Of a stretch of DNA of 39,142 nt, positions 7,621-15,115 are shown in pieces. Source of the DNA: Candidatus Nitromaritima sp. GTDB lineage: Bacteria; Nitrospinota; Nitrospinia; Nitrospinales; VA-1. Positions within the stretch are counted from its first letter, which is position 1; each line of letters starts with the position of its first letter. Location of the stretch: assembly GCA_041938985.1 (NCBI GenBank), contig JBGTUV010000001.1, positions 1 through 39,142 of the forward strand. The letters are read 5' to 3'. The position numbers and the translations under genes were made by a program. The notes under the pieces were generated by a model. The model searched no databases. It was not told the DNA's origin and saw only the letters and a list, made by a program, of their open reading frames with translations.

Positions 7621-7644
7621 TTTGATTAATGGTTATCAACGTGA

Positions 7645-8400
7645 TTACTGCTTAAAGTTCAATATTGATAGAAATTCCAAAGATTTTGATTGTATTTTTT
7701 CAATAACAATCTTGTCTTTATCGGTCTCAAGCAATGCCCAGTATTTTTGTTCGTTCCAGATATGTTCTCGTTGTAAACCAGAACCAAATTGCGTGATAAA
7801 ACCCCAAAACCACAAATCATCCCAAATTTCCATCTGCTCAGATGAATAGCTTTGTTGTAAAACGGAATTGATGTTATCAAAATTCCATTTTTCTGATGAG
7901 TCAAGTTTATAAAAGATTGCTTCAATCACGGTATCTACAGGCAAAAAGAATTTTTTACTGGAATCTATCTTTTGTGGTGCATCATTCCAAATTCGTAATG
8001 ATTGGTCGTAACTACCACTATGAATGTGATAGATGGTCTTTGTAAACAATGCAGATGTTTTCTTTCCCCAGCCATCTTGTTTCAACATTGCATTAAACAG
8101 CAGTTCGTAATTACATTCTTCACACTCTTTTTCTGTGAGAAACTCAACAAAATTGCGAAAGCCTGTTAAGAGATGTTGGTTGGCATATATCTTTTGAAAA
8201 AAATCTGAGAGCCTGTTTATATTTGGTCTGCTTTGGGTATTTACGATATGATGTAGAAGGGAATATACTTTTTCTTGTGTACTGCTATATGACGACAAAA
8301 AACGGTAATATGATTTTGTCTGTACAGTATGGTTAAATTCACGGTTCTTTTCCAGGAATTTGAATAGGCTGTCTAATGATTTAGTTAAAGAGTGTTTCAA
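7645..8400 (-). CDS. HhH-GPD-superfamily-like protein (putative DNA glycosylase/lyase), 251 aa
   Basis: GWGKKTSALFTKTI followed by FLPVDTVIEAIF resembles the EndoIII GVGRKTANVV...AVDTHI pattern, with the Lys and Asp retained. The apparent start is TTG, and there is no in-frame ATG for about 100 codons. Confidence 0.5.
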   Translation of the reverse strand: MKHSLTKSLDSLFKFLEKNREFNHTVQTKSYYRFLSSYSSTQEKVYSLLHHIVNTQSRPNINRLSDFFQKIYANQHLLTGFRNFVEFLTEKECEECNYELLFNAMLKQDGWGKKTSALFTKTIYHIHSGSYDQSLRIWNDAPQKIDSSKKFFLPVDTVIEAIFYKLDSSEKWNFDNINSVLQQSYSSEQMEIWDDLWFWGFITQFGSGLQREHIWNEQKYWALLETDKDKIVIEKIQSKSLEFLSILNFKQ

Positions 8401-8402
8401 AC

Positions 8403-8864
8403 TTAGGGGTATGAATCAAGTTGAACAGTTCCATCGGCACTTACCCAGTAATGACTAATTCCTATTTTGTTTAGTTCTGGAATTATCCCTGCAATTGCAC
8501 TTCTAATTTGCTCGTCCTCTGGGTGGGCAATGGCTATTGTCGCTTCAGGATGTGCGACTTTGGTTTCGAGGCATTTAATTATAGCTTTTCCCAAATGTGA
8601 TTTAATTTGGCCTGAATTAAAAAATGGGCGTTTTTTAGTGGGTGAATCGTTATGCGCTTTCGCACCTTTTACTTCTACGAATAACTTCCTGTTATTTTTT
8701 ACCGCAACAATATCATAACCTCTGGTTTGTCCCAAGCAGAAACTTTCTATTGCATAGCCTTGTTGTACCAAAAAAGGCATCAATAATTCAATAGTTCTAT
8801 TTTCAGTAAGCTTTTCCACAACTATAGTCAATAATGTACAATATACTTTATTATTTGTTTTCAC
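8403..8864 (-). CDS. PD-(D/E)XK-type nuclease-like protein, 153 aa
   Basis: GYDIVAVKNNRKLFVEVKG fits the D...(E/D)xK core. The start is GTG. Its stop lies 2 nt before the next ORF's start codon. Confidence 0.55.
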   Translation of the reverse strand: MKTNNKVYCTLLTIVVEKLTENRTIELLMPFLVQQGYAIESFCLGQTRGYDIVAVKNNRKLFVEVKGAKAHNDSPTKKRPFFNSGQIKSHLGKAIIKCLETKVAHPEATIAIAHPEDEQIRSAIAGIIPELNKIGISHYWVSADGTVQLDSYP

Positions 8865-8880
8865 CTAAAAGTTGAAAATT

Positions 8881-8915
8881 AAAAAGAAAAAATCCAGTTT
8901 AGATAGGTACTGGAT
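8881..8915 (-). terminator. Intrinsic terminator after the DUF932 gene
   Basis: ATCCAGT (8892-8898) pairs with ACTGGAT (8909-8915). On the minus strand the hairpin is followed by TTTTTTCTTTTT. Confidence 0.6.
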
Positions 8916-8928
8916 AAACCTTTTAAAG

Positions 8929-9765
8929 CTATACCAGGGCATAGACTTCATCAAAGAGTTTCTTGTCCAACCGCTCTTGTTGGCCAAAGCTTTTCTTTAA
9001 CGTGTTGTGCAAAACTGCGTTGAAGGCGTTATAACCTAACCATAAATTCGGTTCTTCATTGAGCAATAAGGCTTCATAGTTTAGAATTTCTATGACTTCA
9101 CGCGACTTCTTCGATGGGTCGCTGTTCTTGTCGCTACATTCATAGCGGAACAGTTTGGTTCTGTCAAGAATCGCTTTTACAAATTCCTTGGTGTCGATGA
9201 TTTTAAATTCCTTCATCTTGTCAAATTTCTTTGTGATGGTATAGAACTCATTGTCAAGAAATTTATCGAAAAGATTGTTCAGCCTCGGCATTATAAGGTC
9301 TGTATTGTTTCTGCTGTGCTTAATCGAAAACTCGATTTCGGCCTGTGAAACGTGAAGTCCATTGGAACATACTTTTCGATAGAATCCAAAGTGGCCAGAG
9401 GTCTTTTCACTACCATCATACGAGTTCTTGAAACGAAGCATTGGTAGTATCAAATCCTCATCATTTTTGACCGTAAACTGACTTTTGTCGTCAATGATAA
9501 AGTCAGTAATAAACGACCTATCATTCTTATTGATGGTGCGTTTGTGGTAGTTGAGTCCGGCATCAGTCAACATTTCTTCTGCTTTCTTGAAGAACAGTTG
9601 GTTCGGGATGTGGCCGTAGCTGTTCGATACCACATTAACAATTTTTCCATTTGAAATGATGACGTTTTCAAGTCCACGTCGAGATTCCATCTGCGTTAAG
9701 GTTTTTAAAGATTTCATTTCTGATGGAACAAAAATTTCATCCTGTTGTAAATTTTGTAAATACAT
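8929..9765 (-). CDS. DUF932-family protein
   Basis: RFKNSYDGSEKTSGHFGFYRKVCSNGL matches the DUF932 core (NSxDGS...VCxNG). Confidence 0.8.
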   Translation of the reverse strand: MYLQNLQQDEIFVPSEMKSLKTLTQMESRRGLENVIISNGKIVNVVSNSYGHIPNQLFFKKAEEMLTDAGLNYHKRTINKNDRSFITDFIIDDKSQFTVKNDEDLILPMLRFKNSYDGSEKTSGHFGFYRKVCSNGLHVSQAEIEFSIKHSRNNTDLIMPRLNNLFDKFLDNEFYTITKKFDKMKEFKIIDTKEFVKAILDRTKLFRYECSDKNSDPSKKSREVIEILNYEALLLNEEPNLWLGYNAFNAVLHNTLKKSFGQQERLDKKLFDEVYALV

Positions 9766-9782
9766 AGCTTTTCAATTTTAGG

Positions 9783-9944
9783 TTAAACATTTTGTGATAG
9801 CACAGCGTAATACTCTGGATGCTTTTCTCTGTAGTAGGCCAGATGACTTTCGGCACCTTCAATCCTGTAATTTTCTTTACTGGATTGATAATGTGCCTCG
9901 GCTTCTTGCACTGAAATCTTCGCCTTTGTTGATACTTGTTTCAT
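9783..9944 (-). CDS. Small ORF, 53 aa (MKQVSTKAKISVQEAEAHYQSSKENYRIEGAESHLAYYREKHPEYYAVLSQNV)
   Basis: Its ATG sits at the same position relative to repeat R1 as the ParB-like ATG does relative to R2. It ends 17 nt upstream of the DUF932 gene. Confidence 0.45.
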   Translation of the reverse strand: MKQVSTKAKISVQEAEAHYQSSKENYRIEGAESHLAYYREKHPEYYAVLSQNV

Positions 9945-10097
9945 AATGTTGAAATTTTAGTTAAACAATATTTGAGCAGTACCCAAACGGAAGCTAAAAT
10001 CACAGCTCAAAAGGAAACGGAATAAATGAGAAATGGAATGCGCGCAAGGGCTTTATGCCGTAGTCTTTTGATGGGTGTATTTTACGAGTTTATCTTT
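9939..10097 (-). repeat. Leader/promoter repeat R1 (partner at 11981-12139)
   Basis: By-eye alignment is roughly 85% identical over about 155 nt, with one variable patch of about 20 nt. It contains hairpin 9971-9977/10005-10011 and two AAACGGAA boxes 30 bp apart (9985-9992 and 10015-10022). Confidence 0.85.
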
Positions 10098-10145
10098 GCG
10101 CTGATATTGATTGATACTTTTACTTTGAACCTCTATGATGTGGTC

Positions 10146-10180
10146 ATAAAAAGAAAAAGGGCCGACACGAATGCCGACCC
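10146..10180 (-). terminator. Intrinsic terminator after the ParB-like gene
   Basis: The minus-strand RNA GGGUCGGC AUUCGU GUCGGCCC needs G-U pairs, so it is strand specific. It is followed by UUUUUCUUUUU. Confidence 0.65.
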
Positions 10181-10198
10181 TTCTTCAAACAACAAAAG

Positions 10199-11986
10199 CT
10201 AATCGTTGAGTTCCTGAATTTTCTTCTCAAGAACTTCGATGCGCTCTTTCAAACGTGCTTCACGCTTGTCTCTTTTCTCAGAATATGCTTTCTCAATTTC
10301 AGCAATCTTCGACTTGTAATATCCTTGTATTGCATTATAGAATGATATATTCGTTAGATTGTTGACGTGGTTGCTCTCGCCAAAATGGACTTGTCTCGTG
10401 AGGATATAGCGAATCAATTTGTGGAAGACTTCCTTTTTGAACTTCTTCTTGAAATTCTCGACCATTTCAACTTTGGTCATTTTGGACGTGTCGCCCAAGA
10501 ACTTTGAGAAATACTTTTGCTGGCTCACATAATCCACATTATTTTCAAAAAGCGATATCGAGAATGCCACCATTTCGTCTGTGGAAAGTGTCTTCTTCGT
10601 ATCGATGTAATTGGTCTCACGAATCATCTGGACAACTTCTTCAAACTGCTTGTTGTTCTCGATGTGCTTCTTGCGGATTTCCCTTTCGTTGATTTTCACG
10701 ATTTGTTCTTCAGGTGTACAATCTGCCATTTTTCTATTGGCCAATGGTGCTGAATATTCAGTTGATTCGTTTTCTGATTTCTCAATCACTTTTACGAAGG
10801 CACTTTTGTGCTGGTATGTTTCAGGATGGAAGACGATACCGTTTACAAAACCATTATCCTTTGCAGAATTATACGTTTTCAATGCTTGTTCGTAATCCTG
10901 CATCGCTTCATCCAATTCCGCCTTTAATTCATCTTCTGAATAATCGTAATGCTGATATTCAATCTTAATGGCTTCGATTGTAGGTTCGATTGGATTTTCG
11001 ATAATTTCAACATCATCTAGTAGATACACTTTAAATCCATTTTTTTCCAGTTGGGAAATAATAAGCTGATTGCTTTCTTCGTCTGCCCAATACCGGCGAA
11101 TTTCAGGAAATAAAAGAATGTTCTCTTTTTTGGTTTTCTCAATCAAGTTCAAGAACGATTTGGATTTCTTTGTCTCAAAACAAGCCGATTTAGTGCAAAC
11201 CATTTTACCTTCGCCAAAAAGATTCCCTTGATTCGCAGCATTAAATGGACATTCTACACACGAACCCGCTTTTGGCACCAAAGTCTTATCTGCAACATCA
11301 AAGGATGCTTTTTCTAAATCATAGGATTGGTCTTTAATCATCCTGTTTATTTGATGCGCATTAAAAGTTTCACCCATTGTTTCCAGCATCATCTTTTGTT
11401 CCTCTGGTGTAAAGAGCGCAACACTGACACCTAAGGAAATGGTCATTTCGCCATTGCGTACAAAATGTTTGAACCCGTCAATCAATCCAGCCAACTTCAA
11501 ACGTTGTCTTATGAAATTGTCCGTTCTTCCCAGGCGTTTAGAGATTTCAGAGGGTTGATACTTGTCACTCAGATAAGCTATCGCTTCGGCTTCTTCGGTA
11601 GGCTCTACGTCCTTTCGTTGCAGATTTTCGATGATTTGAACTTCAAGCACTTCGTCGTTTTCATAAGTTCTTACGATACTGGGAATCGTTTTCTTGTTCG
11701 CTATTTTGCTTGCGCGAAACCGTCTTTCACCCATTACGATGATAAAGTCCTTTCCAGATTTGCGAACCGTTATTGGTTGCAATACCCCAAATTCCTTGAT
11801 GCTATCCGAAAGCTGTTGTAGCTGCTTATCATCAAAGGTCTTTCTCGGTTGCTTAGGGTCAGGCTTGATTTTGCCAATGGGAATGTTCTCAATTTGAAGT
11901 GCCGGAACTTTCTTTCCGTTCAATTCTTTCTTCGCAGTAGTCGTTGTACTTCTACGCTTTCTTGTGGTACTCGCTTTTGTTGTCAT
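10199..11986 (-). CDS. ParB/Spo0J-like N-terminal domain protein with a long C-terminal extension (ICE-type)
   Basis: IPIGKIKPDPKQPRK...VLQPITV...VMGERRFRASKIA is a ParB N-terminal domain with the GERR box. A Cys cluster GSCVECPF...CTKSACF follows. The likely ATG is at 11986; the ORF-track start at 11995 is TTG. Confidence 0.85.
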   Translation of the reverse strand: MTTKASTTRKRRSTTTTAKKELNGKKVPALQIENIPIGKIKPDPKQPRKTFDDKQLQQLSDSIKEFGVLQPITVRKSGKDFIIVMGERRFRASKIANKKTIPSIVRTYENDEVLEVQIIENLQRKDVEPTEEAEAIAYLSDKYQPSEISKRLGRTDNFIRQRLKLAGLIDGFKHFVRNGEMTISLGVSVALFTPEEQKMMLETMGETFNAHQINRMIKDQSYDLEKASFDVADKTLVPKAGSCVECPFNAANQGNLFGEGKMVCTKSACFETKKSKSFLNLIEKTKKENILLFPEIRRYWADEESNQLIISQLEKNGFKVYLLDDVEIIENPIEPTIEAIKIEYQHYDYSEDELKAELDEAMQDYEQALKTYNSAKDNGFVNGIVFHPETYQHKSAFVKVIEKSENESTEYSAPLANRKMADCTPEEQIVKINEREIRKKHIENNKQFEEVVQMIRETNYIDTKKTLSTDEMVAFSISLFENNVDYVSQQKYFSKFLGDTSKMTKVEMVENFKKKFKKEVFHKLIRYILTRQVHFGESNHVNNLTNISFYNAIQGYYKSKIAEIEKAYSEKRDKREARLKERIEVLEKKIQELND

Positions 11987-12139
11987 AATACTCAAATTTT
12001 AGATTAAACAATATTTGAGCAGTGAACCAAACGGAAGATAAAATCTTGGCTCAAAAGGAAACGGAATAAATGAGTAGGGGCAGAAGCGATGGCTTTATGC
12101 CGTAGTCTTTTGATGGAAGTATTTTACGAGTTTAACTTT
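11981..12139 (-). repeat. Leader/promoter repeat R2 (partner at 9939-10097)
   Basis: Same architecture as R1. AAACGGAA boxes lie at 12029-12036 and 12059-12066, again 30 bp apart. Confidence 0.85.
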
Positions 12140-12402
12140 CGGGAATATTGTATGATAAAAAACTTCTTACCAATGCTTTTAATTTTAATACATATCTCTA
12201 GAGGAAGCAGAAGTCTGAGGTAAGATTTTGTCCCATATTCATACTTTTTTTGGGATAAAAGCAAAGTACTTTAAAACTGTAATTCCTTGAGTGGAATGAT
12301 AAAAATCACTAGACTTTTCTAAAGAAAAGACTTTTTCATTGCAATTAATATCTAAAAATCACAAATGATGTCATTTCTTATTAGCATCCAAAAAAAGACA
12401 AA

Positions 12403-12424
12403 ATGTTGTACCTATGTTGTACCT
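12403..12424. repeat. Perfect tandem 11-mer ATGTTGTACCT x2
   Basis: The copies at 12403-12413 and 12414-12424 are identical. They lie about 60 nt from the tRNA 3' end. Confidence 0.6.
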
Positions 12425-12451
12425 GTCCATTTTTTCGCTTAGTTTTTTCAA

Positions 12452-12480
12452 TAAAAAAAGCCGAAGATAAATCTTCGGCT
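12452..12480 (-). terminator. Intrinsic terminator of tRNA-Leu
   Basis: AGCCGAAGA (12459-12467) pairs with TCTTCGGCT (12472-12480). On the minus strand the hairpin is followed by a U-run. Confidence 0.7.
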
Positions 12481-12484
12481 TTTG

Positions 12485-12566
12485 TGCGGGTGAAGGGACT
12501 CGAACCCCCACACCTTGCGGCATCAGATCCTAAGTCTGACGTGTCTACCAATTCCACCACACCCGC
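12485..12566 (-). tRNA. tRNA-Leu (anticodon UAG)
   Basis: The reverse complement GCGGGTG..TCAGA CTTAGGA TCTGA..TTCGAGT..CACCCGCA folds as a cloverleaf. It has a 7-bp acceptor stem, a long variable arm and anticodon TAG, and is 82 nt long. Confidence 0.85.
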
Positions 12567-12600
12567 ATAAAGTGCAATTTAACACTTTTTATTTGGTTTA

Positions 12601-12640
12601 ATCCTAAGTCTAGCATGTCTACCAGTTCCATCACATCCGC
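12601..12640 (-). pseudogene. Degenerate copy of the 5' half of tRNA-Leu
   Basis: It aligns to 12527-12566 (anticodon loop to 5' end) with about 6 mismatches. Similarity continues about 15 nt into the upstream flank. No 3' half is present. Confidence 0.6.
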
Positions 12641-12718
12641 ATTACCGTGTGATTTGATCACTTAGGGGTGCAAATATAATTATAATTGCTAAATCCAAAA
12701 GCACTTATTTAATTTTTT

Positions 12719-13219
12719 CTAGGGGCGCAACCACTGCTTCATTTTAGGGAATTCAGGGCCTTCTTCTGGGAAGTGTGCCATCCCGAAATATCGCAGTAGT
12801 GGCAATCCAAAAAAATCGGCTGCTGCATAACGCTGCAAGATCCAATCTGCCTGACCCTTGTAGCCCTGCTTATGAAACACCACCTCTGGGGGGATTGCCA
12901 AATGCAAGGCCACCGCATAGCTCCATAACATGGCTGTCATCTCTTCTCCCCCTATTTCCGGATTATCTTCTAAAACCTCTTGCCCTAAGGCAGCTCTTTT
13001 ATTGGCCTCAGTGACCGCGTAATGACCCGCCTCGTGCAAGACATCGCCTACGGCTACAAGTGCACTTTGGTCTATCCATAACTGCCCCTTGTGCAAACCC
13101 ACTCCGGGTAAAAAAGAGTTAAAAGCAAAGGGGGCTAAACGGTACGGAATACCTATCTGCTCAAAAAAAGGCAATACACGTTCAAAGAAATCAGAATCGC
13201 TAAGAGAAGAATCGCTCAT
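12719..13219 (-). CDS. Hypothetical protein with an HExxH motif (HEAGH)
   Basis: 166-aa ORF with an ATG start and the motif VLHEAGHYAV. The family is unknown. Confidence 0.6.
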   Translation of the reverse strand: MSDSSLSDSDFFERVLPFFEQIGIPYRLAPFAFNSFLPGVGLHKGQLWIDQSALVAVGDVLHEAGHYAVTEANKRAALGQEVLEDNPEIGGEEMTAMLWSYAVALHLAIPPEVVFHKQGYKGQADWILQRYAAADFFGLPLLRYFGMAHFPEEGPEFPKMKQWLRP

Positions 13220-13289
13220 TGTTAAGGGTCTGCTTAAACACCCAAATTAATACAATTTTTGATACCTTAGTGAGCCTTAAAAATTTCAA

Positions 13290-14675
13290 ATGAAAAGTGC
13301 CAAAGACTATATAGAACAACACAAAGACCGATTCTTATCGGAACTTATAGACCTTTTAAAAATACCTTCGATCAGTGCAGACTCTGCCTACGAAAAAGAT
13401 GTGATCGCCACTGCGGAGGTGATCAAACAACGTTTGTTAGAAGCTGGTTGTGATACCGTAGAGATCTGTGAGACTCCCGGTTATCCTATAGTTTACGGCG
13501 AAAAGATCATCGATCCGACCTTGCCAACTGTTTTGGTTTACGGACATTACGATGTACAACCACCGGACCCCCTTGATCTTTGGGACAGCCCACCCTTTGA
13601 ACCTGTCATTAAAAAGACCGAGCTGCATCCGGATGGAGCCATCTTTGCGCGCGGGGCTTGTGACGACAAGGGCCAAATGTATATGCATGTCAAGGCCTTG
13701 GAATACATGACCAAGACCGATCAGTTGCCCTGCAATGTAAAATTCATGATAGAAGGCGAAGAAGAGGTTGGCAGTGAAAGTTTGGGTTGGTTTGTCACGC
13801 GGAATCAAGAGAAATTGGCCAACGACGTTATCTTGATCAGCGATACGGGAATGATAGCCAATGATATTCCTTCAATAACAACAGGACTTAGAGGCCTAAG
13901 CTATGTGGAGGTTGAAGTCACCGGTCCCAACCGCGACCTGCACTCTGGGCTTTACGGAGGAGCCGTGGCGAATCCGATCAATATCTTAACCAAAATGATC
14001 GCCTCCTTACACGATGAGAACAACCACATCACCATACCGGGCTTTTACGATAAGGTAGAAGAACTCTCCGCAGCCGAGCGAGCAAAAATGGCCGAAGCGC
14101 CCTTTGATCTAGAAGCCTACAAGGATGCGCTAGACATAGACGCAGTTTACGGCGAAGCTGGCTATACCACCAACGAACGCAATTCTATTCGCCCAACTTT
14201 AGACGTGAACGGCATTTGGGGAGGTTATACCGGAGAAGGTGCAAAGACCGTTATTGCCAGTAAAGCATATGCCAAGATATCTATGCGTTTGGTGCCTAAT
14301 CAAGATTGGAAAGAGATCACCGAGCTTTTCAAAAAGCATTTTGAGGCCATTGCCCCAGCCGGAGTTCGTGTAGAAGTTAAACCACATCACGGGGGCCAGG
14401 GTTATGTCACGCCTATCGACTTTCCGGGTTATAAAGCAGCAGAAAAGGCCTATGAATCTACCTTTGGGAAAACACCTATTCCGCAACGTTCCGGAGGGAG
14501 CATCCCAATAGTTTCTCTTTTTGAACAAGAGCTTGGAAGTAAAACTTTGCTAATGGGCTTTGGACTAGACAGCGATGCCATCCACTCGCCCAACGAACAT
14601 TTTGGGATCTGGAATTATTTAAAAGGTATAGAGACCATTCCAATGTTCTATCATTATTACGCCAACAACAATTAA
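13290..14675 (+). CDS. M20-family dipeptidase
   Basis: Motifs VYGHYDVQPPDP, ARGACDDKGQ and MIEGEEEVGSES are typical of the M20 (ArgE/DapE/PepV-type) metallopeptidase fold. Confidence 0.8.
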   Translation: MKSAKDYIEQHKDRFLSELIDLLKIPSISADSAYEKDVIATAEVIKQRLLEAGCDTVEICETPGYPIVYGEKIIDPTLPTVLVYGHYDVQPPDPLDLWDSPPFEPVIKKTELHPDGAIFARGACDDKGQMYMHVKALEYMTKTDQLPCNVKFMIEGEEEVGSESLGWFVTRNQEKLANDVILISDTGMIANDIPSITTGLRGLSYVEVEVTGPNRDLHSGLYGGAVANPINILTKMIASLHDENNHITIPGFYDKVEELSAAERAKMAEAPFDLEAYKDALDIDAVYGEAGYTTNERNSIRPTLDVNGIWGGYTGEGAKTVIASKAYAKISMRLVPNQDWKEITELFKKHFEAIAPAGVRVEVKPHHGGQGYVTPIDFPGYKAAEKAYESTFGKTPIPQRSGGSIPIVSLFEQELGSKTLLMGFGLDSDAIHSPNEHFGIWNYLKGIETIPMFYHYYANNN

Positions 14676-14694
14676 ACTTCATAAATTGACAATT

Positions 14695-15108
14695 ATGCAA
14701 TTCAAAAAATCTCATTTAACTGCAATCATACTTTGTTTGTTTACTGCGCTAACTGCCTCTGCGCAAATGGGTAGTGCCGACCAAAAGAAAACCTTTAACC
14801 TCACCATTACACAAGAGGGTAAAGAAATAAAAATGGAATGCCGCGCAGGCTGTGCTTGGGAGAGTCTGAGCTTTGAAAGCCCAAGGCGCGGATTAGCAGT
14901 AACTGTAGATCAGTTCGGAATGGTTGGCAAAAGACAAACCGCCAGTAACCCGGATGAATTAGCAGAATTCTCCTTTAGCATTGCCAAAGTTCGCGGCGAG
15001 TACAAGCTTACCGGCATAGATGGGACCGCTTGGGAATCGCTCACCTTTACTTTACCAGAAGACAACTCTAAAGCTATATTGAGCTCCGGAGGCGTAAGAG
15101 TTAGATAG
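14695..15108 (+). CDS. Small secreted protein with an internal duplication
   Basis: The likely ATG is at 14695 (the track start is TTG). The signal peptide is MQFKKSHLTAIILCLFTALTASAQ. The motif AWESL(S/T)F occurs twice. Confidence 0.55.
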   Translation: MQFKKSHLTAIILCLFTALTASAQMGSADQKKTFNLTITQEGKEIKMECRAGCAWESLSFESPRRGLAVTVDQFGMVGKRQTASNPDELAEFSFSIAKVRGEYKLTGIDGTAWESLTFTLPEDNSKAILSSGGVRVR

Positions 15109-15115
15109 GTAAGCT

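Larger units (their letters stand above)
1873..12450. mobile_element. Remnant of an integrative conjugative element / conjugative transposon (leading-region genes plus cargo) next to tRNA-Leu
   Basis: ParB-like, DUF932 and ssb genes all lie on one strand with AbiE and nuclease cargo, and the block abuts the 3' end of a tRNA gene. The left end is marked by the truncated ssb. No integrase, relaxase or T4SS is present. Boundaries are approximate, and DNA left of 1873 is also AT-rich. Confidence 0.5.
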
